Shown piece after piece: positions 47,013-54,527 of a stretch of DNA of 64,000 bases (positions within the stretch are counted from its first letter, which is position 1; every line of letters begins with the position of its first letter). Source of the stretch: an uncultured Gemmatimonadota bacterium. GTDB taxonomy: Bacteria > Gemmatimonadota > Gemmatimonadetes > Palauibacterales > Palauibacteraceae. The translations under genes were made by a program, and so were the position numbers. The notes under the pieces are model-generated. The model did not search any database, was not told the DNA's origin, and saw nothing but the letters and a program-made list of their open reading frames with translations. Where the stretch lies: positions 22,618 through 86,617 of the forward strand of contig CAZFDK010000006.1 in assembly GCA_964518305.1 (NCBI GenBank), written 5' to 3'.

Positions 47013-47041
47013 AATATCGAGTAATATAGCCCCGACGTCAA
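47013..47041 (-). promoter_or_regulatory. Candidate sigma70-type promoter (TTGACG-N17-GATATT) for the OMP gene
   Basis: It sits in the AT-richest stretch of the window. On the minus strand the -35 is at 47036-47041 and the -10 at 47013-47018, about 80 nt upstream of the ATG at 46932. Confidence 0.4.
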
Positions 47042-47196
47042 GGTTTGGGGGCGGGCTGGCCCGACCCGTACTCCACGTCGGCGCCAGGGATCGGCCCCGT
47101 ACGGTCGGTGCCGATGAGACCGACCCCTTGCATGTAAACAACGTTTAAACCGACAGATCGTGACACCGTGCCCGTGAATCCGGTGTCGGACGGACG

Positions 47197-48657
47197 TCAG
47201 TTGCGGCGGGCCTCCCGGCAGACGCCCCGCAGCATGCCCCGGAAGACCATGGAGTGGATCGGGTAGAGGCCGTACCAGTACACGAGACCGGACAGGCCGC
47301 GGGGGTCGAACACCGCCGTTTGCCGGATCACCGACGCGTCCTTCCCGTCGGCGGGTTCCACTTCGAACTGCAGCCAGGCCCGTCCCGGCACCCGCATCTC
47401 GGCCCGGAGCCGGAGGAGCCGGTCCGGCTCGATGCGCTCCACCCGCCAGAAATCCACCGTGTCGCCCGGCTCCACGTGCTCCGGGTCGCGTCGGCCCCGA
47501 CGGACGCCCACGCCGCCGACCAGTTCGTCGAGGAGGCCGCGGAGGCCCCACAGGAAGTCAGCGAAGTACCAGCCGGTGTCCCCGCCGATGCTTCGGATGG
47601 GCGCGAATGCCTGTTCCGGGGCCACCTGGACCTGCTCGGTCCGGGAGTCCACGAGCCGCCCCCCGAAGCGCTGGCCGCCCCAGGACGGGCGCTCGCCGCC
47701 CGACGACAGGGCGTCGGACCACCGGGTGGCCGCGAATTCACGGTCCTCGTTGTTCCGGGCGCGTCGGATCGCTTCCTCGATGCCGCGTGGATCCACGCCG
47801 AACCGCTCTTCGGCGGAGTGATCGGTGACGACGGTCTCGTGGACGAGGCTCGTGGCGAGCTTGCGCCCGATTCGGGAATAGAGCGGCGTGACGAGGCCGA
47901 GCCACAGCGCCGAGAGCCAGGGGGTGAGGACGGGGACGGGAATCATGAGCCGCTGCAGGCCGCGCTGCCGTGCGTACTCCCGCATGATACCCTCGTAGGA
48001 GACCCGATCGGCGCCCCCGATCTGGTAGACCTGCGATTCCTCCGCCGGGCCGTCCAGTGCGCCGAGGAGGTACTCCAGGACGTCCTCGATGGCGATGGGC
48101 TGGGATTCGGTCCGCACCCAGCGAGGGAGGAGCATCACGGGGAGTCGCTCCACGAGGTTGCGGATCATCTCGTAGGAGAGGCTGCCCGAGCCGATGACGA
48201 TGGAGGCCCGGAACTCCATCGTGGGCACGCCGGATTCCCGCAGTATGCGTCCAACTTCCTGCCGGCTGCGCAGGTGGCGGGAGAGGTCGCTCCCCTTGCC
48301 GAGACCTCCCAGGTAGGCGATTCGCCGAATGCCCGCAGACCGGGCGGCCTCGGCGAAGTTCTCGGCGGCCCGGCGGTCCATCTCCTCGAACTTCTCGCCC
48401 TCCCCCATGGAGTGGACGAGGTAGTAAGCGGCGTCGACGCCCCGGAGGGCGGGGCCCAGCGACTCCGGCTCCAGCAGGTCGCCGTACACCACCTCCGTCT
48501 CGTCCGAGACCCGACCCCGGAGGTTCTCGGGTCGACGTGTGAGGCATCGAACGCGCACGTCGGACCGGGCTTCGAGCTCGGGCAGCAGCCGTCCGCCGAC
48601 GTAGCCCGTGGCGCCGGTGAGCAGCACCAGCCGCCGTCCCTCCGGTTGTCCGTTCAC
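47197..48657 (-). CDS. SDR/NmrA-like NAD(P)-binding domain fused to a DUF2867-like C-terminal domain
   Basis: It has a LLTGATGYVGGRL Rossmann motif and a long C-terminal domain ending WYGLYPIHSMVFRGML. The GTG at 48655-48657 overlaps the photolyase stop (GTGA). Confidence 0.8.
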   Translation of the reverse strand: MNGQPEGRRLVLLTGATGYVGGRLLPELEARSDVRVRCLTRRPENLRGRVSDETEVVYGDLLEPESLGPALRGVDAAYYLVHSMGEGEKFEEMDRRAAENFAEAARSAGIRRIAYLGGLGKGSDLSRHLRSRQEVGRILRESGVPTMEFRASIVIGSGSLSYEMIRNLVERLPVMLLPRWVRTESQPIAIEDVLEYLLGALDGPAEESQVYQIGGADRVSYEGIMREYARQRGLQRLMIPVPVLTPWLSALWLGLVTPLYSRIGRKLATSLVHETVVTDHSAEERFGVDPRGIEEAIRRARNNEDREFAATRWSDALSSGGERPSWGGQRFGGRLVDSRTEQVQVAPEQAFAPIRSIGGDTGWYFADFLWGLRGLLDELVGGVGVRRGRRDPEHVEPGDTVDFWRVERIEPDRLLRLRAEMRVPGRAWLQFEVEPADGKDASVIRQTAVFDPRGLSGLVYWYGLYPIHSMVFRGMLRGVCREARRN

Positions 48658-50168
48658 GCTTTCCCCTCCAGGACGGCGGGCGAGCGCCGGTCGACCCACC
48701 GATCCACCCGCTCGAAGTACGGGCCGAGGTCGAACTTCTGGCGGGTCCGGTCGGAGGACATGGGACGGGTCTTACCCAGGATCGAGGTCTCCTGGAAGGC
48801 CCGGTCGTGCAGGCCGAAGCACCAGAGCACGTTGGCGTAGGTGTTCGGGTTGCGACCGTCCAGCGCGTAGCGGTGGTGAAGGTCGATCATCAGGTCCAGC
48901 GCTTCCTCGTAGCTCTCTGTCCATCGAATGATCTGCTTGCCCCATAGCATACGCACGTACCCCTGGATCGTCCCGGTGGCCACCAGCTCGCGCTGGGCGG
49001 CGTTCCACACCTCGTCGTGGGTCGCCGCCGCTTCCAGCGTGTCGGGGTCGTAGAGAGGATCCCGCGTGTCGTCGGCGTGCTCCGACAGCGTCGTCCGCGC
49101 CCAGTCGGGGAGCACGGAGAGGCTGACATGGTCGTCCACGTGACGACAGAAGTTGTACGCGAGCTCGCGGCGCACCACCAGCTGCTCGAGGAACGCGTCC
49201 ACCGACTCGTCCGGCGCCCCGGTCTCCTCGAGCACCCGGAGTGCGGCTTCGCGGGCGGAGACGCAGCCGAAGTGGAGATAGGGGCTGAGCCCGCTGGAGA
49301 CGCCGGCTCCCGGGTCGCGGGAATGCTCCGCGTAGTCGGCGAGGCCGTCCTCTACGAAGCTCTCGAGCCGCTCGAGGCCGGCCCGCCGGCCGCCGCGGTA
49401 GCGGAGAGACCGTTCCACGGAGCGGTCGACGCCGGCGGCGTCGATCCACGCGTCGATATCGTCGTCGTCGGCCTCGGCCAGCGATTCGCCGATGCCGTCC
49501 ACCGGGAGGTCGGGCCGGGCGCCGATCTCGGGCTCGCTCTCCTCCACGGGATGCAGGAAGGCCGGGAGCCGTCGGTGGATCCGGGGACGGATGGTGTAGG
49601 CCGCATACTGGCGGTCCTCGATCTCGTCCATGGGCACGACGCCGTTCCCGTCCACCGCCGCCACGGGCACGCCGGCGTCGGCCGTGTGTGCCACGGCGCG
49701 CCGCGTCATCTCGGGCAGGATGTAGGCCGGGAAATCGTCGGTGACCGTGAGCGCCGACCCGCGAATCATCTCCGCGGCGGCGTCCCTGCGGTCGTCCCCC
49801 CCGGAGCGCAGATAGAAGACGTACGGGATTCCCCGCTCCCGCAGGCCCCGGGCCACGTCCCGGGCCGACTCCAGGATGAACCGGTGCAGCCGGGCGTTGG
49901 CCCCCGGATAATCGGTGTTCAGGCCCTGGTAGACGACCACCGGCAGTCCGAGCCTGTTCCCCCGGCGAATGGCCTCCTCGAGGGCGGGGTTCGACCGGTG
50001 CCGCTGGTACATCTGCATCCAGTAGAGCACGTAGTCGCCGCCGGGCCGGGGCTCCCCCTCCCGCAGCCACCGGCGCCTGCGCTCCGCCGGGTCCCAGGGG
50101 CCCGTCCACCCCTCCGGCGGACGCGGGGATTCGATCTCTCTGAGCGGAATGAAGCTGTAGTCGGCCAC
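48654..50168 (-). CDS. Class II CPD photolyase (deoxyribodipyrimidine photo-lyase)
   Basis: 504 aa. The segment YVRMLWGKQIIRWTESYEEALDLMIDLHHRYALDGRNPNTYANVLWCFGLHDRAFQE...ILGKTRPMS is characteristic of class II photolyases. Confidence 0.9.
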   Translation of the reverse strand: MADYSFIPLREIESPRPPEGWTGPWDPAERRRRWLREGEPRPGGDYVLYWMQMYQRHRSNPALEEAIRRGNRLGLPVVVYQGLNTDYPGANARLHRFILESARDVARGLRERGIPYVFYLRSGGDDRRDAAAEMIRGSALTVTDDFPAYILPEMTRRAVAHTADAGVPVAAVDGNGVVPMDEIEDRQYAAYTIRPRIHRRLPAFLHPVEESEPEIGARPDLPVDGIGESLAEADDDDIDAWIDAAGVDRSVERSLRYRGGRRAGLERLESFVEDGLADYAEHSRDPGAGVSSGLSPYLHFGCVSAREAALRVLEETGAPDESVDAFLEQLVVRRELAYNFCRHVDDHVSLSVLPDWARTTLSEHADDTRDPLYDPDTLEAAATHDEVWNAAQRELVATGTIQGYVRMLWGKQIIRWTESYEEALDLMIDLHHRYALDGRNPNTYANVLWCFGLHDRAFQETSILGKTRPMSSDRTRQKFDLGPYFERVDRWVDRRSPAVLEGKA

Positions 50169-50419
50169 CGTACCTCCGGGAAGGAGTGTTCGTGCTGGGG
50201 ATCACGGCAGGGCCCCGACAACCGGTCGTGAACAGGGGAACATGTAACTACGGGAATGTGAACCGGGCGACCAGACAAGGAGCCGCCGGCGTGAACCGAA
50301 TCCTGGGCCGCACGATCGTGTAGCCACGGGAGGTGCTGCCATTGGCGCCCTGTCGCGCCTCATCGCACCTCATCGCACCTTCATGCAGGAATCACCCACG
50401 TAGCACACGGAGAACCACC

Positions 50420-51013
50420 ATGCGACGTCTCAAGCTCACGGCCCTCGCCCTGCTCGCTGCCGTCCTCATCCCGGCTACGGCGTCGGCGCAGCTCGTGAAG
50501 ATCACGCCGAAGGTCGGTGCTCACTTCTCGTCGGAAACAGTGATGGGCATCGAGGACCAGGTCGGATCCACCATCTCCGAGAGGAGCATCTCGAGCTTCG
50601 CCTTCGGGGCCAACGCCGAGGTCGGAGCGCCGGGTTTCCCACTCGGTCTGCGGGCCGACGTCCTCCTGTCCACCAACAGCGAGGCGACGCTGGACACCGA
50701 GGAGCTGGAGAGCACGCTGCTCGGAGCCTCGGGCTCCCTGGTGCTCCGTCCACTCTCCGTGCTCCCGTTCGTGGATCCGTATCTTCTGGGGGGCGGAGGC
50801 TTCACGAGCACCAGCTACGACGCCACCGAGTTCGCTGGCGATCTTCCCACCGACCGTCAGTTCGCACTGCACACGGGCGTGGGCACCGACATCTCGCTTG
50901 GCGGCACCCGGATCCAGATCGAGGCCACGGATTACATCACGAACCTCGACACCGACTTCGACGTCCAGCACGACGTCTTCGTCACCGCCGGCCTGGGCTT
51001 CTCCTTCCCCTGA
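50420..51013 (+). CDS. Small outer-membrane beta-barrel protein, secreted
   Basis: It has a signal peptide (MRRLKLTALALLAAVLIPATASAQ), an amphipathic strand pattern and a C-terminal GLGFSFP. The internal ATG at 50420 was chosen. Confidence 0.7.
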   Translation: MRRLKLTALALLAAVLIPATASAQLVKITPKVGAHFSSETVMGIEDQVGSTISERSISSFAFGANAEVGAPGFPLGLRADVLLSTNSEATLDTEELESTLLGASGSLVLRPLSVLPFVDPYLLGGGGFTSTSYDATEFAGDLPTDRQFALHTGVGTDISLGGTRIQIEATDYITNLDTDFDVQHDVFVTAGLGFSFP

Positions 51014-51112
51014 TCCGGGCTCGCTGCTGAGCGACATTTCCGACCGGACAGCCCCGGGACGCCGGGGGCGCCTCTGTGCGTCCCCCGGCGGGACGGGGCT
51101 TTTCTCCTGTCC

Positions 51113-53125
51113 GTGACGGTCGACGATCCCCCGGACCGTCCCCTCTTCGTCTGGGACGGCGACTGCCGCTTCTGCGGGTGGTGGGTACGGCGGTGGATGA
51201 GCCGGCTGCCGGAGGGCGCGGTGCGGTCGGTCCCCTTCCAGGAGGTCGCCGGCCGGTTTCCGGAGATCCCGGAGTCCTCCCTCCGGAGGTCGGCGAAGCT
51301 CATCCTGCCGGACGGGCGGGTGCTGGAGGCCGCGGCCAGCGTCTTCCGGCTGCTGGCGATCGGGGGGAGGGGATGGGCGTGGAAGCTCTACCGTGGCTTG
51401 CCGCCGTTCCGCTGGATCGCGGAGGCTGTCTACGGCCGGGTCGCCCGGCACCGATCGGCGGCGGAGGCCACCACGCGCTGGGTCTGGGGGGACGACCCGT
51501 CGCCTCCGACCTTCGCCGTGGGCGGCTGGCTCTTCCGCCTGTCGCTGGGCCTGGTCTACGTCGTCGCCTTCCTCTCCCTCCTGGTTCAGGTGGACGGGCT
51601 CGTCGGTCCGCAGGGCATTCTTCCGGCCGGGGAGCTCCTCCGGGCCGTGCAGGAGGGCACGGCCTCCGGGATCGAGGCGCTCTGGCGGGCGCCGACGCTG
51701 GCGTGGATCTCCTCCGGGGAGGCGGCGCTGACGGCGATGGCCTCCCTGGGAGTCGGGGCCGGCTTCCTGCTGGCTCTCGGAATACGGCCGCTCGTCTTCG
51801 GGGCGGCAGCCTGGGTGCTGTACCTGTCGCTCACCGTGGTGGGCCAGGACTTCCTGGCCTACCAGTGGGACAGCCTGCTTCTGGAGGCGGGCTTTCTGGC
51901 GCTCTTCATCGTCCCGGCGGGTCCCGCCACGCCGGGCGGCCCGGTGTCGGATGCCGGCGACGACGGGACACCGGGACCGGGATCGGGATGGGCCGACGGC
52001 ATCCGAGCGGCCCTGTTTCGGGCCCCGCGGCCGGGCCGGACAGCGGTGTGGCTCGGGGTCTGGCTCCTCCTGCGGCTGATGCTGCAGTCGGGGCTGGCGA
52101 AAATCGCGGGCGGCGACCCGGTGTGGCTCGACCTGACGGCACTCTCCCACCACTTCGAGACGCAGCCGATCCCGAATCCCGTGGCCTGGTTCGCGCACCA
52201 GCTACCGCGCTGGGTTCACCGCGCGGGGACCGCAGGCGCCCTCCTGATCGAGATTGCGGTGCCTCTGTTGCTCCTCCTGCCGCGTCGCCCCCGGCACCTG
52301 GCCGTCGGGGCCGTGGTTCTCCTCCAGGCGCTCATCTTCCTCACCGGCAACTACGCCTTCTTCAACCTGCTCACCGTGGCGGTGGCCTTCCTGGCCGTGG
52401 ACGACCAGGCGTGGAGGAGGCTGCTGGGGGGGCTGCGGGTCGGGCGCCCGCTCCTGGACGAGCTCCGAACGCCCGGTCGGGTCCGCGGCCGCTTCCGGGG
52501 GGCGCTGATGGTTCCCTACGCAGCACTGGCCGTGGTCGTGGGCGGCGCGCAGCTGGCCCGCACGGCGAGCCCCGGCGCCGTCCCGGAGATCGTGGCGGGG
52601 CCCGCCGACGCGGTGGCCGAGGCCGTGGCGCCCCTGCGACTGGTGAACGGCTACGGGCTCTTCGCCGACATGACCACGACGCGGCCGGAGATCGTGCTCG
52701 AGGGACGCCACGGCGATGGTCCGTGGAGGGCCTACGACTTCCGGTACAAGCCGGACGATCCGGAAGAGTCTCCGCTCCAGGTGGCGCCGCACCAGCCGCG
52801 GCTGGACTGGCAGATGTGGTTCGCGGCGCTGAAGGCCCGGCGCGCTCCGGACAGCGCGCCGGCTCGGGCCCGGTACGACCGCTGGCTCCTGCGCTTCGTG
52901 GCCGAGCTTCTCCGGGGTACGCCGGCGGTCACGGGGCTCCTGGACGCGGACTCTCCCTTCCGCAGCCGTCCCCCGGATGCCGTTCGCGCCCGGCTCGTGG
53001 AGTACCGGTTCACGGGGTGGGAGGGGTGGTCCGGGGGAGGGCGCTGGTGGCGGAGGGGAGGAGCTGCGGAGATGTACCTGCCGGCGGTGCGACTCGACCC
53101 GAGCGGGCTGGCACCGGCGCGCTGA
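51113..53125 (+). CDS. Fusion of a DCC-family thiol-disulfide oxidoreductase domain (DUF393) with a lipase-maturation-factor (LMF) family membrane domain
   Basis: The N-terminus reads LFVWDGDCRFCGWWV (the DCC CxxC motif). The polytopic middle and C-terminus read NGYGLFADMTTTRPEIVLEG...YKPDDP...APHQPRLDWQMWFAAL, which is LMF-like. The start is GTG. Confidence 0.8.
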   Translation: MTVDDPPDRPLFVWDGDCRFCGWWVRRWMSRLPEGAVRSVPFQEVAGRFPEIPESSLRRSAKLILPDGRVLEAAASVFRLLAIGGRGWAWKLYRGLPPFRWIAEAVYGRVARHRSAAEATTRWVWGDDPSPPTFAVGGWLFRLSLGLVYVVAFLSLLVQVDGLVGPQGILPAGELLRAVQEGTASGIEALWRAPTLAWISSGEAALTAMASLGVGAGFLLALGIRPLVFGAAAWVLYLSLTVVGQDFLAYQWDSLLLEAGFLALFIVPAGPATPGGPVSDAGDDGTPGPGSGWADGIRAALFRAPRPGRTAVWLGVWLLLRLMLQSGLAKIAGGDPVWLDLTALSHHFETQPIPNPVAWFAHQLPRWVHRAGTAGALLIEIAVPLLLLLPRRPRHLAVGAVVLLQALIFLTGNYAFFNLLTVAVAFLAVDDQAWRRLLGGLRVGRPLLDELRTPGRVRGRFRGALMVPYAALAVVVGGAQLARTASPGAVPEIVAGPADAVAEAVAPLRLVNGYGLFADMTTTRPEIVLEGRHGDGPWRAYDFRYKPDDPEESPLQVAPHQPRLDWQMWFAALKARRAPDSAPARARYDRWLLRFVAELLRGTPAVTGLLDADSPFRSRPPDAVRARLVEYRFTGWEGWSGGGRWWRRGGAAEMYLPAVRLDPSGLAPAR

Positions 53126-53139
53126 CGGGCGGCGCGCAC

Positions 53140-54090
53140 TCAGATCGGGAGCGCCTGCCGGAGCACGAAGAGGAGGTTGGCGGGGCGTTCGGCCAGGCGG
53201 CGCATGTACCACGGGAACCAGTGGGGCCCGTAGCTGATCAGAACGCGGACAGCCTCCCCCTCACCGGCCAGCGTCCGCTGCGCCGCGGTGTCGATGCCGT
53301 ACAGCATCTGGAACTCGTACGCGCCGGGATCGATCCCGCGCTCGCGCGCCTCGGCACGGATGCTCCGGTGGAGACGGCGGTCGTGGGTGCCGTAGGCCGA
53401 CCGGAGGCCGGTGCCGTCCACCTCCAGAGTGCGCCGGGCCAGCCGCAGGAAGTTCTCGTCCACGGCCTCCCGGTCGGGGTAGGCGATCTCGGGAGGCTCG
53501 TCATAGGCGCCCTTCACGAGACGCACGCCGCCGGCGGAGGATAGCTGCCCTTCCAGAGCCAGCAACGCCTCGAGGTCCTCCTCGGTACGGTAGAGGTAAG
53601 ACTGCAGGCAGACGCCGACCCTGGCGCCCTCCCGGCGCAGGTCGCGGTACAGCTCGAGCGTCGGATCCACGTAGCTGGACGACTCCATATCGATCCAGAG
53701 CATCCGTCCCGTGCGTGCCGACGCCTCGGCCAGGGCCTCCATGCTCCGGCGGGTCAGATCGAAGTCGATATCCAGGCCCAGGTGGGTGGGCTTGACCGAG
53801 ATCTCCGGGTTCCCGGGGTGCCCGCTGGTATCCTCCAGGGCGTCCAGGTAATGCTCCCGAATCTCCCGCGCTTCGGCGTCCGTCTCGATCTTTTCGCCCA
53901 GGAAGGTGAAGACCGCGGCGATTCCGTCTTCAGAGAGCCGGTCGGCGGCCTCCAGGGCGTCCGCCACCTCTTCTCCGGGCAGGAATCGGCGCACCGCGCG
54001 CCGCACGATCGAAGAGTCCCGGGACCACCGTCGGAGACGCTCGCTCCGGGAGGCCCGCAGGAGCACTCGGCGGCAGAGAGGCGAGGTCAC
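53140..54090 (-). CDS. Proline dehydrogenase (monofunctional PRODH)
   Basis: 316 aa with ISVKPTHLG, WIDMESS, RLVKGAY and YEFQMLYG motifs. The ATG overlaps the upstream stop (ATGA). Confidence 0.85.
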   Translation of the reverse strand: MTSPLCRRVLLRASRSERLRRWSRDSSIVRRAVRRFLPGEEVADALEAADRLSEDGIAAVFTFLGEKIETDAEAREIREHYLDALEDTSGHPGNPEISVKPTHLGLDIDFDLTRRSMEALAEASARTGRMLWIDMESSSYVDPTLELYRDLRREGARVGVCLQSYLYRTEEDLEALLALEGQLSSAGGVRLVKGAYDEPPEIAYPDREAVDENFLRLARRTLEVDGTGLRSAYGTHDRRLHRSIRAEARERGIDPGAYEFQMLYGIDTAAQRTLAGEGEAVRVLISYGPHWFPWYMRRLAERPANLLFVLRQALPI

Positions 54091-54527
54091 CCCCGGGGCG
54101 AGCGGCGGCCGCCGGAGTCGGCGGGCGTGTCCGTGCTCACCCCCCGGAGGGGGACGCGGGACGTGTCTCGGCCCTGGTGGATTTCCCGTGAGAGGGACGT
54201 CACCAGCGAGTCGTCACGGAGACTCCGCACCTGGCCGTCCGTCAGCGCGGCGTAGAACGCACTGGTGGCGTCGGTGACGACCGCCAGGGGCTCCACCCCG
54301 TGCCGAGCCGCCACCTCCCCGGGATCTGCGGACGGGCGAAGCCGGACGTAGTAACGGTCGGTCGCCGAGTCGGGAACCGCGGCCTTCCGGCCGGGATTGT
54401 TGCCGCCGCACGCTCCGAAGACGGCAGGGCCGAGCCCGGCCGCGGCCAGGAGCAGCGCCATCACCCACCGGCGCCCCGTCGGCCACGTCCCTCTCCGAGT
54501 GTGCCGGCCGCGCGTCAGCGTCATCAC
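54087..54527 (-). CDS. Lipoprotein with a peptidase-inhibitor-I9 (subtilase propeptide)-like domain
   Basis: It has a lipobox AVFGAC. The pattern YYVRLRPSADPGEVAARHGVEPLAVVTDATSAFYAALTDGQVRSLRDDSLVTSLSRE resembles the I9 beta-alpha-beta-beta-alpha-beta fold. The ATG overlaps the upstream stop (ATGA). The domain call rests on pattern resemblance only. Confidence 0.5.
   Translation of the reverse strand: MMTLTRGRHTRRGTWPTGRRWVMALLLAAAGLGPAVFGACGGNNPGRKAAVPDSATDRYYVRLRPSADPGEVAARHGVEPLAVVTDATSAFYAALTDGQVRSLRDDSLVTSLSREIHQGRDTSRVPLRGVSTDTPADSGGRRSPRG

Noticed and set aside
50361-50380. Tandem 10-mer (CATCGCACCT x2) upstream of the small OMP gene, and a tandem 11-mer (GAACGAGGGCC x2) at 56692-56713
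   Set aside because: There are only two copies of each. That is too short to separate from chance or slippage, and no associated structure is visible. They are noted only as possible regulatory curiosities.
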